DNA of 64,000 bases from Nitrosopumilus sp. (GTDB lineage: Archaea; Thermoproteota; Nitrososphaeria; Nitrososphaerales; Nitrosopumilaceae). Under the pieces are notes generated by a model that was not told where the DNA came from, ran no database searches, and was given only the letters and a program-made list of their open reading frames with translations. The DNA is taken from positions 2,080,001 through 2,144,000 of the forward strand of contig OZ243974.1 of assembly GCA_965214775.1 (NCBI GenBank). Reading direction: 5' to 3'. A program made the translations under genes and the position numbers. How positions within the stretch are numbered: position 1 is the first letter of the stretch; each line of letters starts with the position of its first letter. Positions 48,781 to 59,451 of this stretch are shown piece by piece.

Positions 48781-50589
48781 TTGACAGTATCTGATTTACA
48801 ACAATCTCAAACCGGCTCTAAAAAGCCGAAAATCGACTGGTCTAGCATGGAAGAGGCAGATAATTTTGCAAAAACTGTAAAGTTGTTCCGTCAGGGAAAA
48901 TACGACGAAGACAGTTTTAGACGATTCAGGCTTCAACATGGCGCATATGGAACAAGAATGACCGGTGATTATGCCATGGTCCGCATCAAACTTCCTGCCG
49001 GCGAAGTTTATCCTGACCAACTTGAAAGAATTGCCCAGCTTAGCGAGCAATACTCTATTGGCAGTGCCCACTTTTCAACTAGGGAAAACATTCAACTTCA
49101 CTGGGTAATCCTTGAAGACGTCTCTGAAATCCTTCGCGCACTAGCTGAAGTCGGATTGACATCTAGAGAAGCTTGTGGTAATTCTGTCAGAAATGTAATG
49201 TGTAGCCCGATGTCTGGAGTCTGCGGGGATGAAGAATTCGATGCGACACCTTATGCGCTTGCAACTGCCCGATTCTTCTTGAGAAATCCAATGGCACAAA
49301 ACCTTCCAAGAAAATTCAAATTCAACTTTACATGCTGTGAAAAACATGGCATGGCAAGGATCACCGATGTCGGTTTGATCCCCCAAATCAGAGATGTTGA
49401 CGGTCAAAAACAGCGCGGCTTCAAAATTTTCCTTGGTGGCGGCCTTGGAAACAAGTCTTATGTTGGACATCAGTTAGAAGACTTTACTCCCGAGGAGGAT
49501 CTACTTTACACATCAATGGCCGTAATACGCTTGTTTGATAGGATGGGTGACAGAAAAAATCTGGCACGAAACAGAATGCGCTACCTGGTCCATGACATGG
49601 GTTGGGAGAAGTTCCAAAACCTGGTTCTAAAAGAACGAGCAATTGTCAGGGCTACGCAATCAGTCGTCACCCAATTGGGCGTTGATCATACTCCTGATGA
49701 AATTAAACGCCCGATCAGAATTTCTGACGAGGGCGGTTCTGCCGCCCCTGATGGCTATGCTAGATGGCTCAAGGCAAACACTGAAAAACAAAAGCAGCCA
49801 AACTACCGCTCTGTATTTCTTACACTTGAGGCAGGAGACATTACTGCAAATCAGCTGGACGCACTGGCCGGAATTATTAGAGACTTTTCTGCAGAACGAA
49901 AGGCAAGAACCGGATTTGCCCAAAACATTGCCTTAAGATATGTCCACGATGATGATCTGCCACTGCTGTATTCGAGGCTACTTGAAGTGGGGCTGGCAAA
50001 ATCAGGAGCGCTAACCATGGCTGCCCCTATCGGCTGTTCTGGCACTACGTCTTGTAATCTTGCATTAACAAACTCTCATCGTTTGGCAAAAGAGATTCAA
50101 AGAAAATTTTTGGAGCTCAAATACGATGAGGATGACGATTTGAGGGACTCCTCAATTAAGATCAGCGGATGCCCAAACTCCTGTGGCCAACATGGAATTG
50201 CCACCATCGGCTTCTTTGGAGGCGGCGCCAGGGTCGGAAAAGACATGTATGCAAACTATCAGATGCTCTTGGGTGGATGTGCTGATGGTGATGCAAGATT
50301 GGGCGACATCTGTATGCGCGTTCCGGCAAAACGTGTAATCCCTGTAATTCTCAAAGTGATCGAGCTGTTTAAAGCAAACAAAAAATCTGATGATGATCTG
50401 AAAACCTGGATTCATAGAATTGTCAACAACAGCGGCGATACTGAAATAAGAGCCATGGCAGACATCAAAAAAGCTGTAGAACCATTGACAATTCCGCCAA
50501 CCAAGGAGGAGGATCCTGATTTCTATCTTGACTATGGAAGCGATACCATTTACCATACCAAAACTGGCAAGGGTGAATGTGCCGCTTGA
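48781..50589 (+). CDS. Siroheme nitrite/sulfite reductase
   Basis: STRENIQLHW, NLPRKFK, CSGTTSCNLA...SGCPNSCG cluster ligands; likely TTG start at 48781. Confidence 0.94.
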   Translation: MTVSDLQQSQTGSKKPKIDWSSMEEADNFAKTVKLFRQGKYDEDSFRRFRLQHGAYGTRMTGDYAMVRIKLPAGEVYPDQLERIAQLSEQYSIGSAHFSTRENIQLHWVILEDVSEILRALAEVGLTSREACGNSVRNVMCSPMSGVCGDEEFDATPYALATARFFLRNPMAQNLPRKFKFNFTCCEKHGMARITDVGLIPQIRDVDGQKQRGFKIFLGGGLGNKSYVGHQLEDFTPEEDLLYTSMAVIRLFDRMGDRKNLARNRMRYLVHDMGWEKFQNLVLKERAIVRATQSVVTQLGVDHTPDEIKRPIRISDEGGSAAPDGYARWLKANTEKQKQPNYRSVFLTLEAGDITANQLDALAGIIRDFSAERKARTGFAQNIALRYVHDDDLPLLYSRLLEVGLAKSGALTMAAPIGCSGTTSCNLALTNSHRLAKEIQRKFLELKYDEDDDLRDSSIKISGCPNSCGQHGIATIGFFGGGARVGKDMYANYQMLLGGCADGDARLGDICMRVPAKRVIPVILKVIELFKANKKSDDDLKTWIHRIVNNSGDTEIRAMADIKKAVEPLTIPPTKEEDPDFYLDYGSDTIYHTKTGKGECAA

Positions 50590-51404
50590 CGGGTTCTAGT
50601 GGCAGCGGCGGTGATGGCCGCAGAATCACAACGGACGTTGATTCCCTGCGTTCTGAAATTAGAGACAAAAGTGTAAGAGTAATTGATGTCCGAAGAGAAG
50701 ATGACTACAGGCAAGATCATATTCCTTCTTCTGTAAATCTTCCGCTTGCAAATTTGCTATCTGATGACAGCCCGGATCGCGTTCAAAGATTGATTCAATC
50801 AATGGGAATCGACGATGAAACACGCGTTGTCGTTTATGATGACACCTTTGGTGCCTTGGCATCCAGGGTCGCCTGGACCATGGAATATCTTGGCCACTCT
50901 GATGTTACTTTGCTTGAAACCACATACGGCAACTGGAAATCACTTGGTCTGGAACATGATTCAGACATCCCTGAAGTCCAAAGCAAGGAGCACTCAGTTA
51001 ACCTGCGGTCTGAAATTTTAGCCACGTCTGACTATCTTGAAAGCGCAAAGGAACGCGACGACGTGATTCTGATTGATAACCGTGAGAGGCTGAACTTTTT
51101 AGAACAGCACATTCCTGACGCCATCAGTCTTCCGTACCGTACATTGGCAAGCAAGGACAAAATTCTGCGCCCAAAAGAAGACATGAAACGGTTACTGGAA
51201 AACCGTAGAGTCACAGGCAATTCCGAAATCATTACCTACTGTGGCAGTGTTGGAACTTTGTCCGGATTGGCATACTATGCGTTAAAATCCGCAGATCTGC
51301 CCAATGCAAGACTGTATGTCCGCTCCTTTAAGGAATGGAGGAATCTTCAAAAACCCACTGCAAAACAAGAAGATGCAAGCTATTGGGATCTTTCTGCCGA
51401 ATAG
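50577..51404 (+). CDS. Tandem-domain rhodanese/sulfurtransferase
   Basis: HIPSSVN, VVVYDD, HIPDA, ITYCGS. Confidence 0.9.
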   Translation: MCRLTGSSGSGGDGRRITTDVDSLRSEIRDKSVRVIDVRREDDYRQDHIPSSVNLPLANLLSDDSPDRVQRLIQSMGIDDETRVVVYDDTFGALASRVAWTMEYLGHSDVTLLETTYGNWKSLGLEHDSDIPEVQSKEHSVNLRSEILATSDYLESAKERDDVILIDNRERLNFLEQHIPDAISLPYRTLASKDKILRPKEDMKRLLENRRVTGNSEIITYCGSVGTLSGLAYYALKSADLPNARLYVRSFKEWRNLQKPTAKQEDASYWDLSAE

Positions 51405-52550
51405 CTAGGAAATTTCGTTTCGAAGCTTCTTGGTAATTGTCACTTCTACGTTTTCAAAAAGAACAAGCATCTTTTCCTTGTTTTCAATCAAATAATCAAC
51501 CCCTCTGTCTTTTAGTCTGATTTTCCATAATCTGATCTCCCTGTGTTCGTCAAAGAAGTTTTCAATCATTTGCTCGCCTGATCTTGCCGGATCAATAAAC
51601 TCTTCAAAAACTTCCATTGTCTTTTCTACATCCTCCTCTTCAATGGATTCCTTGACTGATTGAATTGCACTGCCTAGTTCTTTGAGGCTCTTGACAGGCT
51701 TTGACAATTTCTTTCTTGTAATTCCAAACAAACCTTTCTTTTCTTTTCCCATTTTTTCTGCAACGTTTGGAGCTAAATCATAAACCGGAATTCTACTCAG
51801 CCCGTCTCGCTTCTCGTTTTGAATGATCAATCCTTTTTCTGACAGTTTCTTTAACGCAGTTTCTGCATCTGCCTTGTCCAAGAATGTTGTCCATACAATT
51901 GAACCAACAGTGTGATAGCCCTGTCTTACCGATTCCAAAACAACAACTTCGTGAATTCTTTTGAACCCTTCTTCTATTCTGACATTTATGAAGTCTTTGT
52001 CTCTGATTGATTTTCTTGCATTCTTTACGTCAATTTCAATAGAACGCTTCAGGGATTCAAGTGACTCTGGAACTTGGTTTAGCAAAGAAAGAAAACATGC
52101 TTTGTTGTACCACGCCATTCCGTATGTCGGGTCTGATTCAATTGCCTTCTCTGCACAATCTAGTGCCTTGGAGTAGTTTTTTTGCTCGTAATGTATCAAT
52201 CCCTTAAGATTCCAAGCTTCGGGATTTGTCACATCAATATCTAAAATCCTGTCATATGCTTGCAGAGCTGCGCTGTGATCATCCAAATGGAAATTTGCGT
52301 ATCCTAACTTCATCAAGGTCTCAACATTGTCAGGATCAATTCGTAATGCCTGCTCAAAGACTGCGACAGCTTCCTCCAGCTTTTCATCTGCCATCAGGTT
52401 GATTCCTTTTTTGAATAATTTTTTTCGGTTATAATCTGAATCTACAAGACTTTTTTCCTTGGGGATTGTTGAATCCGGTCTTTTCCCTGCCTTCTCTTCA
52501 ACAGTTTCTTCCTTTCTGTCCTTTGATCTTCGTCTAAACGGCCCTTTCAC
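51405..52550 (-). CDS. TPR-repeat protein
   Basis: Several TPRs (EAWNLKG, MAWYNKA). Confidence 0.9.
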   Translation of the reverse strand: MKGPFRRRSKDRKEETVEEKAGKRPDSTIPKEKSLVDSDYNRKKLFKKGINLMADEKLEEAVAVFEQALRIDPDNVETLMKLGYANFHLDDHSAALQAYDRILDIDVTNPEAWNLKGLIHYEQKNYSKALDCAEKAIESDPTYGMAWYNKACFLSLLNQVPESLESLKRSIEIDVKNARKSIRDKDFINVRIEEGFKRIHEVVVLESVRQGYHTVGSIVWTTFLDKADAETALKKLSEKGLIIQNEKRDGLSRIPVYDLAPNVAEKMGKEKKGLFGITRKKLSKPVKSLKELGSAIQSVKESIEEEDVEKTMEVFEEFIDPARSGEQMIENFFDEHREIRLWKIRLKDRGVDYLIENKEKMLVLFENVEVTITKKLRNEIS

Positions 52551-52743
52551 TAGCTCAAAATGCGATTTAATCTAGATAAATACTATCCCTCGTGAGAATA
52601 ATGCCGTCCATGCGTCAAGATGATGATGATAATGATGATGATGATTTGCCCCTTGCATTCCTTGTCAAAAAGACCGTTGATTTTGGGATCTGTTTGTGCC
52701 TATATCCTTCATTTTGTTCAAAAAACTCACCAAATCCTCCCAA

Positions 52744-54402
52744 ATGCAAAAATACTCCGAATATACAAAAACGAATGTGTCATCCCGATCTAGAATAGAA
52801 ATCCAAGGACAGGCCCCATTCAAGGAATCAGGCGTATATGAGGCGCAGATTGCCATTGCTGAAAACAGGCCATCTGATGACGCAATTAAAACAAGACAAT
52901 TCCAATCACTGTGGAAAGGGGACTATCATCTCAGAGTCAAGGATGGCACCTTTGCTGAAACGCTTGGCTCTCCTGAGAATCCCCTGCCGTCTTCGATTGA
53001 AAATCTTGATAAAATCTGGATAGTCGTGACTGATCTATTCTCTGCATCAAATTCCGCATTTGAAGTCACACTGGCAAGACATGAAAAAGAATCAAAACTG
53101 GCACCCCCGCCAAAACCTGAACCTGTAACTATTGAATCCCCAAAACCAAAACGAACATCAAAAACCGTCTCATCCTCTCAAGGAGTATCTGGTCCTCCCG
53201 GCGACAAGGGTCCTCCCGGTACACAGGGTCCTCCCGGCGACAAGGGTCTTATGGGTCCTCCCGGTACACAGGGTCCTCCCGGTCCAAAAGGTTCTGTAGG
53301 CCCGCAGGGTCCTCCAGGTGACAAGGGCCCGACCGGAGACAAAGGATCTTCTGGAGACAGGGGCCTAGCTGGAGAAAGAGGCATAACTGGAGACAAGGGA
53401 ATTGCCGGTGACAAGGGTGACAAGGGTGACAAGGGAATTACTGGTCCGCCCGGTGACAAAGGAGAGAAAGGTACAACAGGGCCCATTGGCGATAAAGGCC
53501 CGACCGGATTAAAAGGCCCGACAGGTGAAAAAGGGGAGAAGGGCCCGACCGGTTCGCCAGGTGACAAGGGAATTTCTGGTTTACGTGGTCCGCCCGGAGA
53601 GAAAGGTGATAAGGGTCCGTCCGGTTCGCCAGGTGACAAAGGACTGACAGGTCCTGCAGGTCCGCCCGGAGAGAAAGGCCCAACCGGACAAGCAGGCGTT
53701 CAGGGAGAAAAAGGAATTCAGGGAGGTCCCGGCCCAATTGGAGAAAAAGGTCCTGTTGGTTCGCAGGGCGACAAGGGCCCCGTAGGTCCTGCAGGCCTGC
53801 CAGGTGACAAAGGACTGACAGGCCCTGCAGGCCCGCCAGGCGACAAGGGCCCCGTAGGCCCGCCCGGCCCAATTGGAGAAAAAGGAAACAAGGGCCATGA
53901 AGGCCCAATTGGAGAAAAAGGTCCGCAGGGTCCGCAGGGTCCTGCCGGCTCTAAAGGACTGACAGGCGTTCCAGGTCCACAAGGCGAGAAAGGCGACAAG
54001 GGTGCAACAGGCCCGCCAGGTGACAAAGGACTGACAGGCCCTGCAGGCCCGCCAGGCGACAAGGGCCCCGTAGGCCCGCAAGGATCACAAGGTGAAAGAG
54101 GCCCTGCCGGTCCGTCAGGAGAAAAAGGCCCGCAGGGCCCACAAGGAATTCAGGGCCCACAAGGTGAAAGAGGCCCAACAGGCCCAATTGGTTCTATAGG
54201 GGAACAGGGTCCTGTGGGAGAACAAGGTCCCGTAGGCCAAGCCGGTCCGAGAGGCCCGCCGGGCCCCCCCGGTGAAAGAGGCCCTTCAGGCGGAATGTCT
54301 CCAGAACAAAAAGCAATCTTCAAAGAGTTGTTGGAAATTTTAACAAGCAAAGAAATCATTACAACAGAAGAACAAATCAAACTGATGAGCTATCTCTATT
54401 AA
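52744..54402 (+). CDS. Collagen-like protein
   Basis: About 124 Gly-X-Y triplets (53182-54297) between a globular N-domain and a short helical C-domain; likely ATG at 52744. Confidence 0.93.
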   Translation: MQKYSEYTKTNVSSRSRIEIQGQAPFKESGVYEAQIAIAENRPSDDAIKTRQFQSLWKGDYHLRVKDGTFAETLGSPENPLPSSIENLDKIWIVVTDLFSASNSAFEVTLARHEKESKLAPPPKPEPVTIESPKPKRTSKTVSSSQGVSGPPGDKGPPGTQGPPGDKGLMGPPGTQGPPGPKGSVGPQGPPGDKGPTGDKGSSGDRGLAGERGITGDKGIAGDKGDKGDKGITGPPGDKGEKGTTGPIGDKGPTGLKGPTGEKGEKGPTGSPGDKGISGLRGPPGEKGDKGPSGSPGDKGLTGPAGPPGEKGPTGQAGVQGEKGIQGGPGPIGEKGPVGSQGDKGPVGPAGLPGDKGLTGPAGPPGDKGPVGPPGPIGEKGNKGHEGPIGEKGPQGPQGPAGSKGLTGVPGPQGEKGDKGATGPPGDKGLTGPAGPPGDKGPVGPQGSQGERGPAGPSGEKGPQGPQGIQGPQGERGPTGPIGSIGEQGPVGEQGPVGQAGPRGPPGPPGERGPSGGMSPEQKAIFKELLEILTSKEIITTEEQIKLMSYLY

Positions 54403-54549
54403 TTTTTTTAAAAGTTAATCCCAAAAAATTATTTTTTGATTTTGTCTGGAGTTCCCTTTGAAAAGTAAATGCGCAGTTTACTTTAAGGGAAGATTTGAAA
54501 AAGGTAAACAATTCGCCGTCTAATGACGATTGTTAATTTTTTGACGGGA

Positions 54550-54903
54550 TTACCGTCTTTTTGCAGTCTTTCTCTTTGGAGCGGCTTTGCGCTTTGGAGC
54601 TGCCTTTCTCTTTGGAGCGGCTTTGCGCTTTGGAGCTGCCTTTCTCTTTGGAGCGGCTTTGCGCTTTGGAGCTGCCTTTCTCTTTGGAGCGGCTTTGCGC
54701 TTTGGAGCTGCCTTTCTCTTTGGAGCTGCTTTTTTAGCTGCAGTTTTTCTCTTTGGAGCTGCCTTTCTCTTTGGAGCGGCTTTGCGCTTTGGAGCTGCCT
54801 TTCTCTTTGGAGCTGCTTTTTTAGCTGCAGTTTTTCTCTTTGGAGCGGCTTTGCGCTTTGGAGCTGCCTTTCTCTTTGGAGCTGCTTTTCGTTTAGCTGC
54901 CAT
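54550..54903 (-). CDS. Histone H1-like basic repeat protein
   Basis: 117 aa almost entirely PKRKAA hexapeptides; synonymous alternation between 18-bp units supports coding. Confidence 0.85.
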   Translation of the reverse strand: MAAKRKAAPKRKAAPKRKAAPKRKTAAKKAAPKRKAAPKRKAAPKRKAAPKRKTAAKKAAPKRKAAPKRKAAPKRKAAPKRKAAPKRKAAPKRKAAPKRKAAPKRKAAPKRKTAKRR

Positions 54904-55018
54904 TATTGAGTCGACATTTTCATTGTTTTTCAGTGGTTAAACTAAAGAAATTTACACAAACTGATTACAATTTCTCGAGTAATTTTTTACAGAAAAATCG
55001 ACCTGATCGGAAATTTTT

Positions 55019-55195
55019 TCAATAAGCACTTTCTGCAGACGGTTTGTGGCCCTGTAACCGGCCTGTTTTTCCGCAAATTGTACATTTGTACTTCCTTTTA
55101 CGCTTGTAAGTTGCCATATTTGGAAGAAAAACCAACTCTTGCTTCGTTTTTGTCATGCAAAACTTGCACCAACGGCGCTCAATTTCTTGATCCAT
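55019..55195 (-). CDS. Small zinc-ribbon protein (58 aa, not in ORF track)
   Basis: MDQEIERRWCKFCMTKTKQELVFLPNMATYKRKRKYKCTICGKTGRLQGHKPSAESAY: two CxxC. Confidence 0.75.
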   Translation of the reverse strand: MDQEIERRWCKFCMTKTKQELVFLPNMATYKRKRKYKCTICGKTGRLQGHKPSAESAY

Positions 55196-55214
55196 GATCG
55201 GTTGTTTTCTAAAA

Positions 55215-56324
55215 TTATACTCCGCGTGTCTTGATTATTGTCAAAACATCCTCGTCTTGTAAAATATGTGTTAGGCCAACTCGCTGTCCGCCAAACTTTG
55301 CACTTTTGCCCCAGACCATCCCGTATCTGAACTCCCTTTTCATTCTTCTGTGTAGTTTGTTACATACATCTTCAACCGTATCTCCTTCTCTTGCAATGAG
55401 CGGCTCTTTGTAATCCGTCTCTCCGCCTTTTGGCCGCATGTAAATTCGAATGAACTTTAACTTTTCATAAATTTTCTCTCGTAATGCGTCAATGTTTACA
55501 TCTGCATTTGCAGATACCTCGATTACGTCTGATTTTATTTTTGATTTAAGATCTGCCAAGAACTCTTTGTCGACTAGATCGATTTTGTTTAAGACCGTCA
55601 ATGCTTTGGAATAGCTAACATTTCCCGCAATAAAATCTGAAAGTTGTTCGGATGTAACGTCTTCTCTGATTACAACCCTGGCGCTAACAATTCCGTATAG
55701 ATGTAAAATGTCTTTAAGGTGCTTTTCAGTAATTTTTGTCATCCTGATTTGTTGTGCAACTGCGATTCCCCCCATTGCTGCTTTTTCAATTGTAATGTTT
55801 GGGGGCAACTGGTTCAGTCTGATTCCTATGTTTCCCAATTCGTTTGTCAAAACATCCTCGTGATATGGCTGGAATACGTCTAAAACAAGTAATACCAAAT
55901 CAGCCGTTCTGGCTACTGAGAGAATTCTTTTTCCTAGTCCCTTGCCTGTGGATGCACCTTTGATAATTCCTGGAAGGTCTAACATCTGGATACTAGCTCC
56001 CCTGTAATTCATCATTCCTGGAACTACAGTCAACGTGGTAAACTGAAATGCACCGACAGTTGATTTTGCCCCTGTTAATTTGTTAAGCAACGTGGATTTT
56101 CCAACACTTGGCAATCCGATAAAAACCACGGTGGCATCGCCCGTTCTTCGAACATCAAATCCGTCTGACTTTATCCCTGACTTTTTAGCAATGTTTTCCT
56201 CCTGTTCTCGTTTTAACTTTGCAATCTTTGCTTTGAGAAGACCTAGATGGTGTTCGGTGGCTTTGTTGATTTGCGTTCTTGCCATTTCATCTTGGATGGC
56301 CTTGATCTTTTCAGGAATTCCCAT
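55215..56324 (-). CDS. DRG/OBG-family GTPase with TGS domain
   Basis: NKATEHH, GLPSVGKST, FTTLT, DLPGII, NKID, WGKSAKF. Confidence 0.96.
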   Translation of the reverse strand: MGIPEKIKAIQDEMARTQINKATEHHLGLLKAKIAKLKREQEENIAKKSGIKSDGFDVRRTGDATVVFIGLPSVGKSTLLNKLTGAKSTVGAFQFTTLTVVPGMMNYRGASIQMLDLPGIIKGASTGKGLGKRILSVARTADLVLLVLDVFQPYHEDVLTNELGNIGIRLNQLPPNITIEKAAMGGIAVAQQIRMTKITEKHLKDILHLYGIVSARVVIREDVTSEQLSDFIAGNVSYSKALTVLNKIDLVDKEFLADLKSKIKSDVIEVSANADVNIDALREKIYEKLKFIRIYMRPKGGETDYKEPLIAREGDTVEDVCNKLHRRMKREFRYGMVWGKSAKFGGQRVGLTHILQDEDVLTIIKTRGV

Positions 56325-56439
56325 TCTCTATCGTTTTTTCTTGAATCTTTTCAAATAAAATCGTACTATTCTTCTTTTAGTTTGACAAACCTGTCTCTTG
56401 CACAGCAATTATTATTATTCGGTGTTTTGGAGTAGGCAT

Positions 56440-57135
56440 GTGAAAAAATGTACTTTTGCAGTAGACATTGACGGAACCATAACTGAAAACGGAGGAGGCA
56501 GAATCCATCTTGATGCATTAGATGCGCTACGAAGACTGACAAACATGGGGCATAACGTCATTTTTGCCACCGGACGATCATCGGTCGAAGGATTTCTACT
56601 GTCTGTCTTTGGCGGTACCACAAAAGTCGCAGTTGGTGAAAATGGCGGCTGTATAACACTTGATTCTAACGAGCACATCTTGCTTGGAAATATTAAAGAA
56701 TGCAAAACTGCATTAAATGTAATGCATAACTCGATTGACAACGTTGTTGAGAAGCCCGTTTTTCCTAGAATGACTGAAGTTGTATTGGAAAGAACATTCG
56801 ATCTGAATGATGCAAGAAAAATCCTGTCTGAAAACAACCTAGATGTCCGGCTATCAGACAGCCAATATGCGTATCATCTCAATTCCAGAGGAATTGACAA
56901 GGGCACTGGATTTAGGGAAATTATGAAAAGGATGTCGATTGACTCTGATGATGTAATTGCAATAGGTGACAGTGCCACTGATATTCCCTTGTTCAAGCTG
57001 GCAAAAACAGGCGTCGCATTGGGAAACGCCGCATATGATGTAAAATCTGAGGCAGATATCGTGGTTTCTGCAAAGGCAGGGGACGGTCTTTTAGAAGCAT
57101 TAGATAAATTAGCGCCTAAACTACCACATATGTAA
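56440..57135 (+). CDS. HAD phosphatase (archaeal phosphoglycolate phosphatase-like)
   Basis: DIDGT, ATGR, ENGG, DKG, GDSATD. Confidence 0.9.
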   Translation: MKKCTFAVDIDGTITENGGGRIHLDALDALRRLTNMGHNVIFATGRSSVEGFLLSVFGGTTKVAVGENGGCITLDSNEHILLGNIKECKTALNVMHNSIDNVVEKPVFPRMTEVVLERTFDLNDARKILSENNLDVRLSDSQYAYHLNSRGIDKGTGFREIMKRMSIDSDDVIAIGDSATDIPLFKLAKTGVALGNAAYDVKSEADIVVSAKAGDGLLEALDKLAPKLPHM

Positions 57136-57136
57136 G

Positions 57137-59026
57137 ATGACTTTCGGAGCTGTTCTAGACGAGATTGAAAACAACATAAAGAAAATTCTAGCTGATCTAT
57201 CTACTCCGAACATAAATTTCTCAGTCGAACCTGCAAAACCCGGCTTTGGCGATGTTAGTTCCAATGTTTCCTTTCTGCTGGCAAGACAGCTCAAAAAAAC
57301 CCCCGAAGAAATCTCAGAAATGATCTCTCAGAAATATCGAGAATTGCCTCAAACATTGGTCTTAAAATCCGAATCACATCCATCCGGATACGTCAATTTT
57401 CTTGCAAACTGGGAAAAACTAAGCCAACTCATTTTATCTGAATCCAACCTTCCCGGATTTGGAAATGTTGACCTTGGAGAAAATTCCACAATTACAGTTG
57501 AGCATACAAGCGTAAACCCAAACAAGGCCTTGCACATTGGGCATGCAAGAAACGTCATAATAGGCGACACAATTTCCAGGATTCTTAGAAAGGCCAGTTA
57601 CAATGTAAACGTACTGAATTACATTGATGACTCTGGCCTTCAAGTGGCTGATATTATTGTGGGATTCAAGCATTTTGGGTTTGATCAGGAACCGCCAGAC
57701 GGCAAAAAATTTGACCGTTATTGTGGAGAGGATGTCTATCTCAAGACAACTGAAAAATACAAACAGGATTCTGGCCTTGAAGAAATCAGAAAAAATGTCC
57801 TAAAAGAATTAGAGGATGGCGACTCTGAAATTGCAAAATTTGGAGATAAAATTACACGGCGTGTTCTTTCAAACCAACTGGAAACCTGTTGGAATTTGTC
57901 AGCATCTTATGACTGCCTGAATTTTGAATCACAGATAGTCCGTTCAGGATTGTGGTCAAAAACCTTTGAAAAACTCAAAGAAATGAACCTTGTGGAATTT
58001 GAAAATGAGGGCAAGAACCGGGGCTGCTGGGTAATTCGTGGAAGGGAAAAAGAGGGAGAAGAAGACAAGGTGATTGTAAGAAGCAATGGGACTGCCACAT
58101 ATATTGCAAAAGACATCCCGTATGCTGCATGGAAACTGGGTCTGCTTGATGACCCGTTCCGTTATTCAAAATACGAAAAAGAACAGCCCTTCTCTAAGAC
58201 ACTTTGGCAGACTACTCTGAGCGATGGCAAGGACTCTCAAGACTTTTCAGGAGAAAAAGTAATCACCGTAATTGACTCCCGCCAGGCAAGACTGCAAAAC
58301 ATCATTACCTCTCTGATGGGAAAATTCAAATCAGTTCCAGATGCATATGTTCATCTTGCATACGAGTCTGTTACGCTGAGTTCTGACACTGCAAAAACTT
58401 TGGGATTGGAAACAGGTGGAAAACAAGCTCAAATGTCTGGACGAAAGGGGCTGTACATCGATGCTGATTCTGTTTATGATTTGCTAAAGGAAAAAATAAC
58501 TGGAGAAACAAAGACACGTCATCCTGAAATGCCTGATGATGAGATCAGCCAAATTGCACACAACGTTGCAGTTGGCACCCTACGGTATGAGATGATTAAG
58601 CAGGATTTAGACAAAATAATTACCTTTGATCTTGTCAAATCTCTTAGTCTTGAAGGTGACACTGCACCATACATCCAGTATACTCATGCACGTGCATCAA
58701 GAATATTAGAAAAATCACAACAACCCCCTTCAATAGACGTTGATTTTGCACTGCTAAAAGAAGAATCCGAAATTGATCTGGTCAAGGCAATTGGGTTGTT
58801 TGATCTTAGTGTCAGAGATGCCGTAATGAATCTGTCTCCAAAAGTAATCTCTCGATATTGCCATGATTTGGCCGTAGCATTCAATTCGTTTTATGAGAAA
58901 TACAAAGTACTGGATATTGGAGATGAAAATCTTGAAAAATCAAGGCTGTGCCTGGTCAATTCATTTAAAATTACTATCAAGCAAGCACTGGATTTGCTTG
59001 GAATAACTGCTCCTCAAAGAATGTAA
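57137..59026 (+). CDS. argS: Arginyl-tRNA synthetase
   Basis: EHTSVNPNKALHIGHARN, MSGRKG, PYIQYTHAR. Confidence 0.97.
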   Translation: MTFGAVLDEIENNIKKILADLSTPNINFSVEPAKPGFGDVSSNVSFLLARQLKKTPEEISEMISQKYRELPQTLVLKSESHPSGYVNFLANWEKLSQLILSESNLPGFGNVDLGENSTITVEHTSVNPNKALHIGHARNVIIGDTISRILRKASYNVNVLNYIDDSGLQVADIIVGFKHFGFDQEPPDGKKFDRYCGEDVYLKTTEKYKQDSGLEEIRKNVLKELEDGDSEIAKFGDKITRRVLSNQLETCWNLSASYDCLNFESQIVRSGLWSKTFEKLKEMNLVEFENEGKNRGCWVIRGREKEGEEDKVIVRSNGTATYIAKDIPYAAWKLGLLDDPFRYSKYEKEQPFSKTLWQTTLSDGKDSQDFSGEKVITVIDSRQARLQNIITSLMGKFKSVPDAYVHLAYESVTLSSDTAKTLGLETGGKQAQMSGRKGLYIDADSVYDLLKEKITGETKTRHPEMPDDEISQIAHNVAVGTLRYEMIKQDLDKIITFDLVKSLSLEGDTAPYIQYTHARASRILEKSQQPPSIDVDFALLKEESEIDLVKAIGLFDLSVRDAVMNLSPKVISRYCHDLAVAFNSFYEKYKVLDIGDENLEKSRLCLVNSFKITIKQALDLLGITAPQRM

Positions 59027-59390
59027 TGTTCCAGGACGTGCACTACACGAATGCTGGCTGTCGCCCTGGAATGTTGGCGTGCAAACCAATCAACATACAT
59101 CAAATGTCCCTTCCAATAAAGATTTGGGAGGAATTGCCCACGAACTAGGCAACTGCTCATTGGCACATGCGTTCTGTTCCGTGTAGAGGCTTGGCAAGAT
59201 GGGCGGTCTACGAGTCTGCATTGTGGCAGTTTATTCCACGCACTTCTCATCCGTGAGAGTTTTCGCCTTGTTGATGTCAGGAGGCCCGCATGCATAGCTG
59301 TAAACCTCACAAGACGTGTAATCGGGCTAACTTTTCAATGATCACTGTACAGTGGTATCATGCTTACAATTCCCATGAAATTTTGATCTT

Positions 59391-59398
59391 CTATATAG
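59391..59398. promoter_or_regulatory. CTATATAG palindrome upstream of sixA-ppx
   Basis: About 54 bp before the probable GTG start. Confidence 0.5.
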
Positions 59399-59451
59399 AT
59401 TACAAGATTTGCTTTCTTATCAAACATATACTGAATCTCTTAACCAAGCGT

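Noticed and set aside
53178-54940. Antisense collagen-like and FGAA/WSCL-repeat ORFs
   Set aside because: Alternative-frame shadows of the collagen and H1-like genes
59027-59340. GC-richer intergenic stretch after argS as ncRNA or gene
   Set aside because: No recognisable motif or structure; unresolved, possibly a decayed remnant
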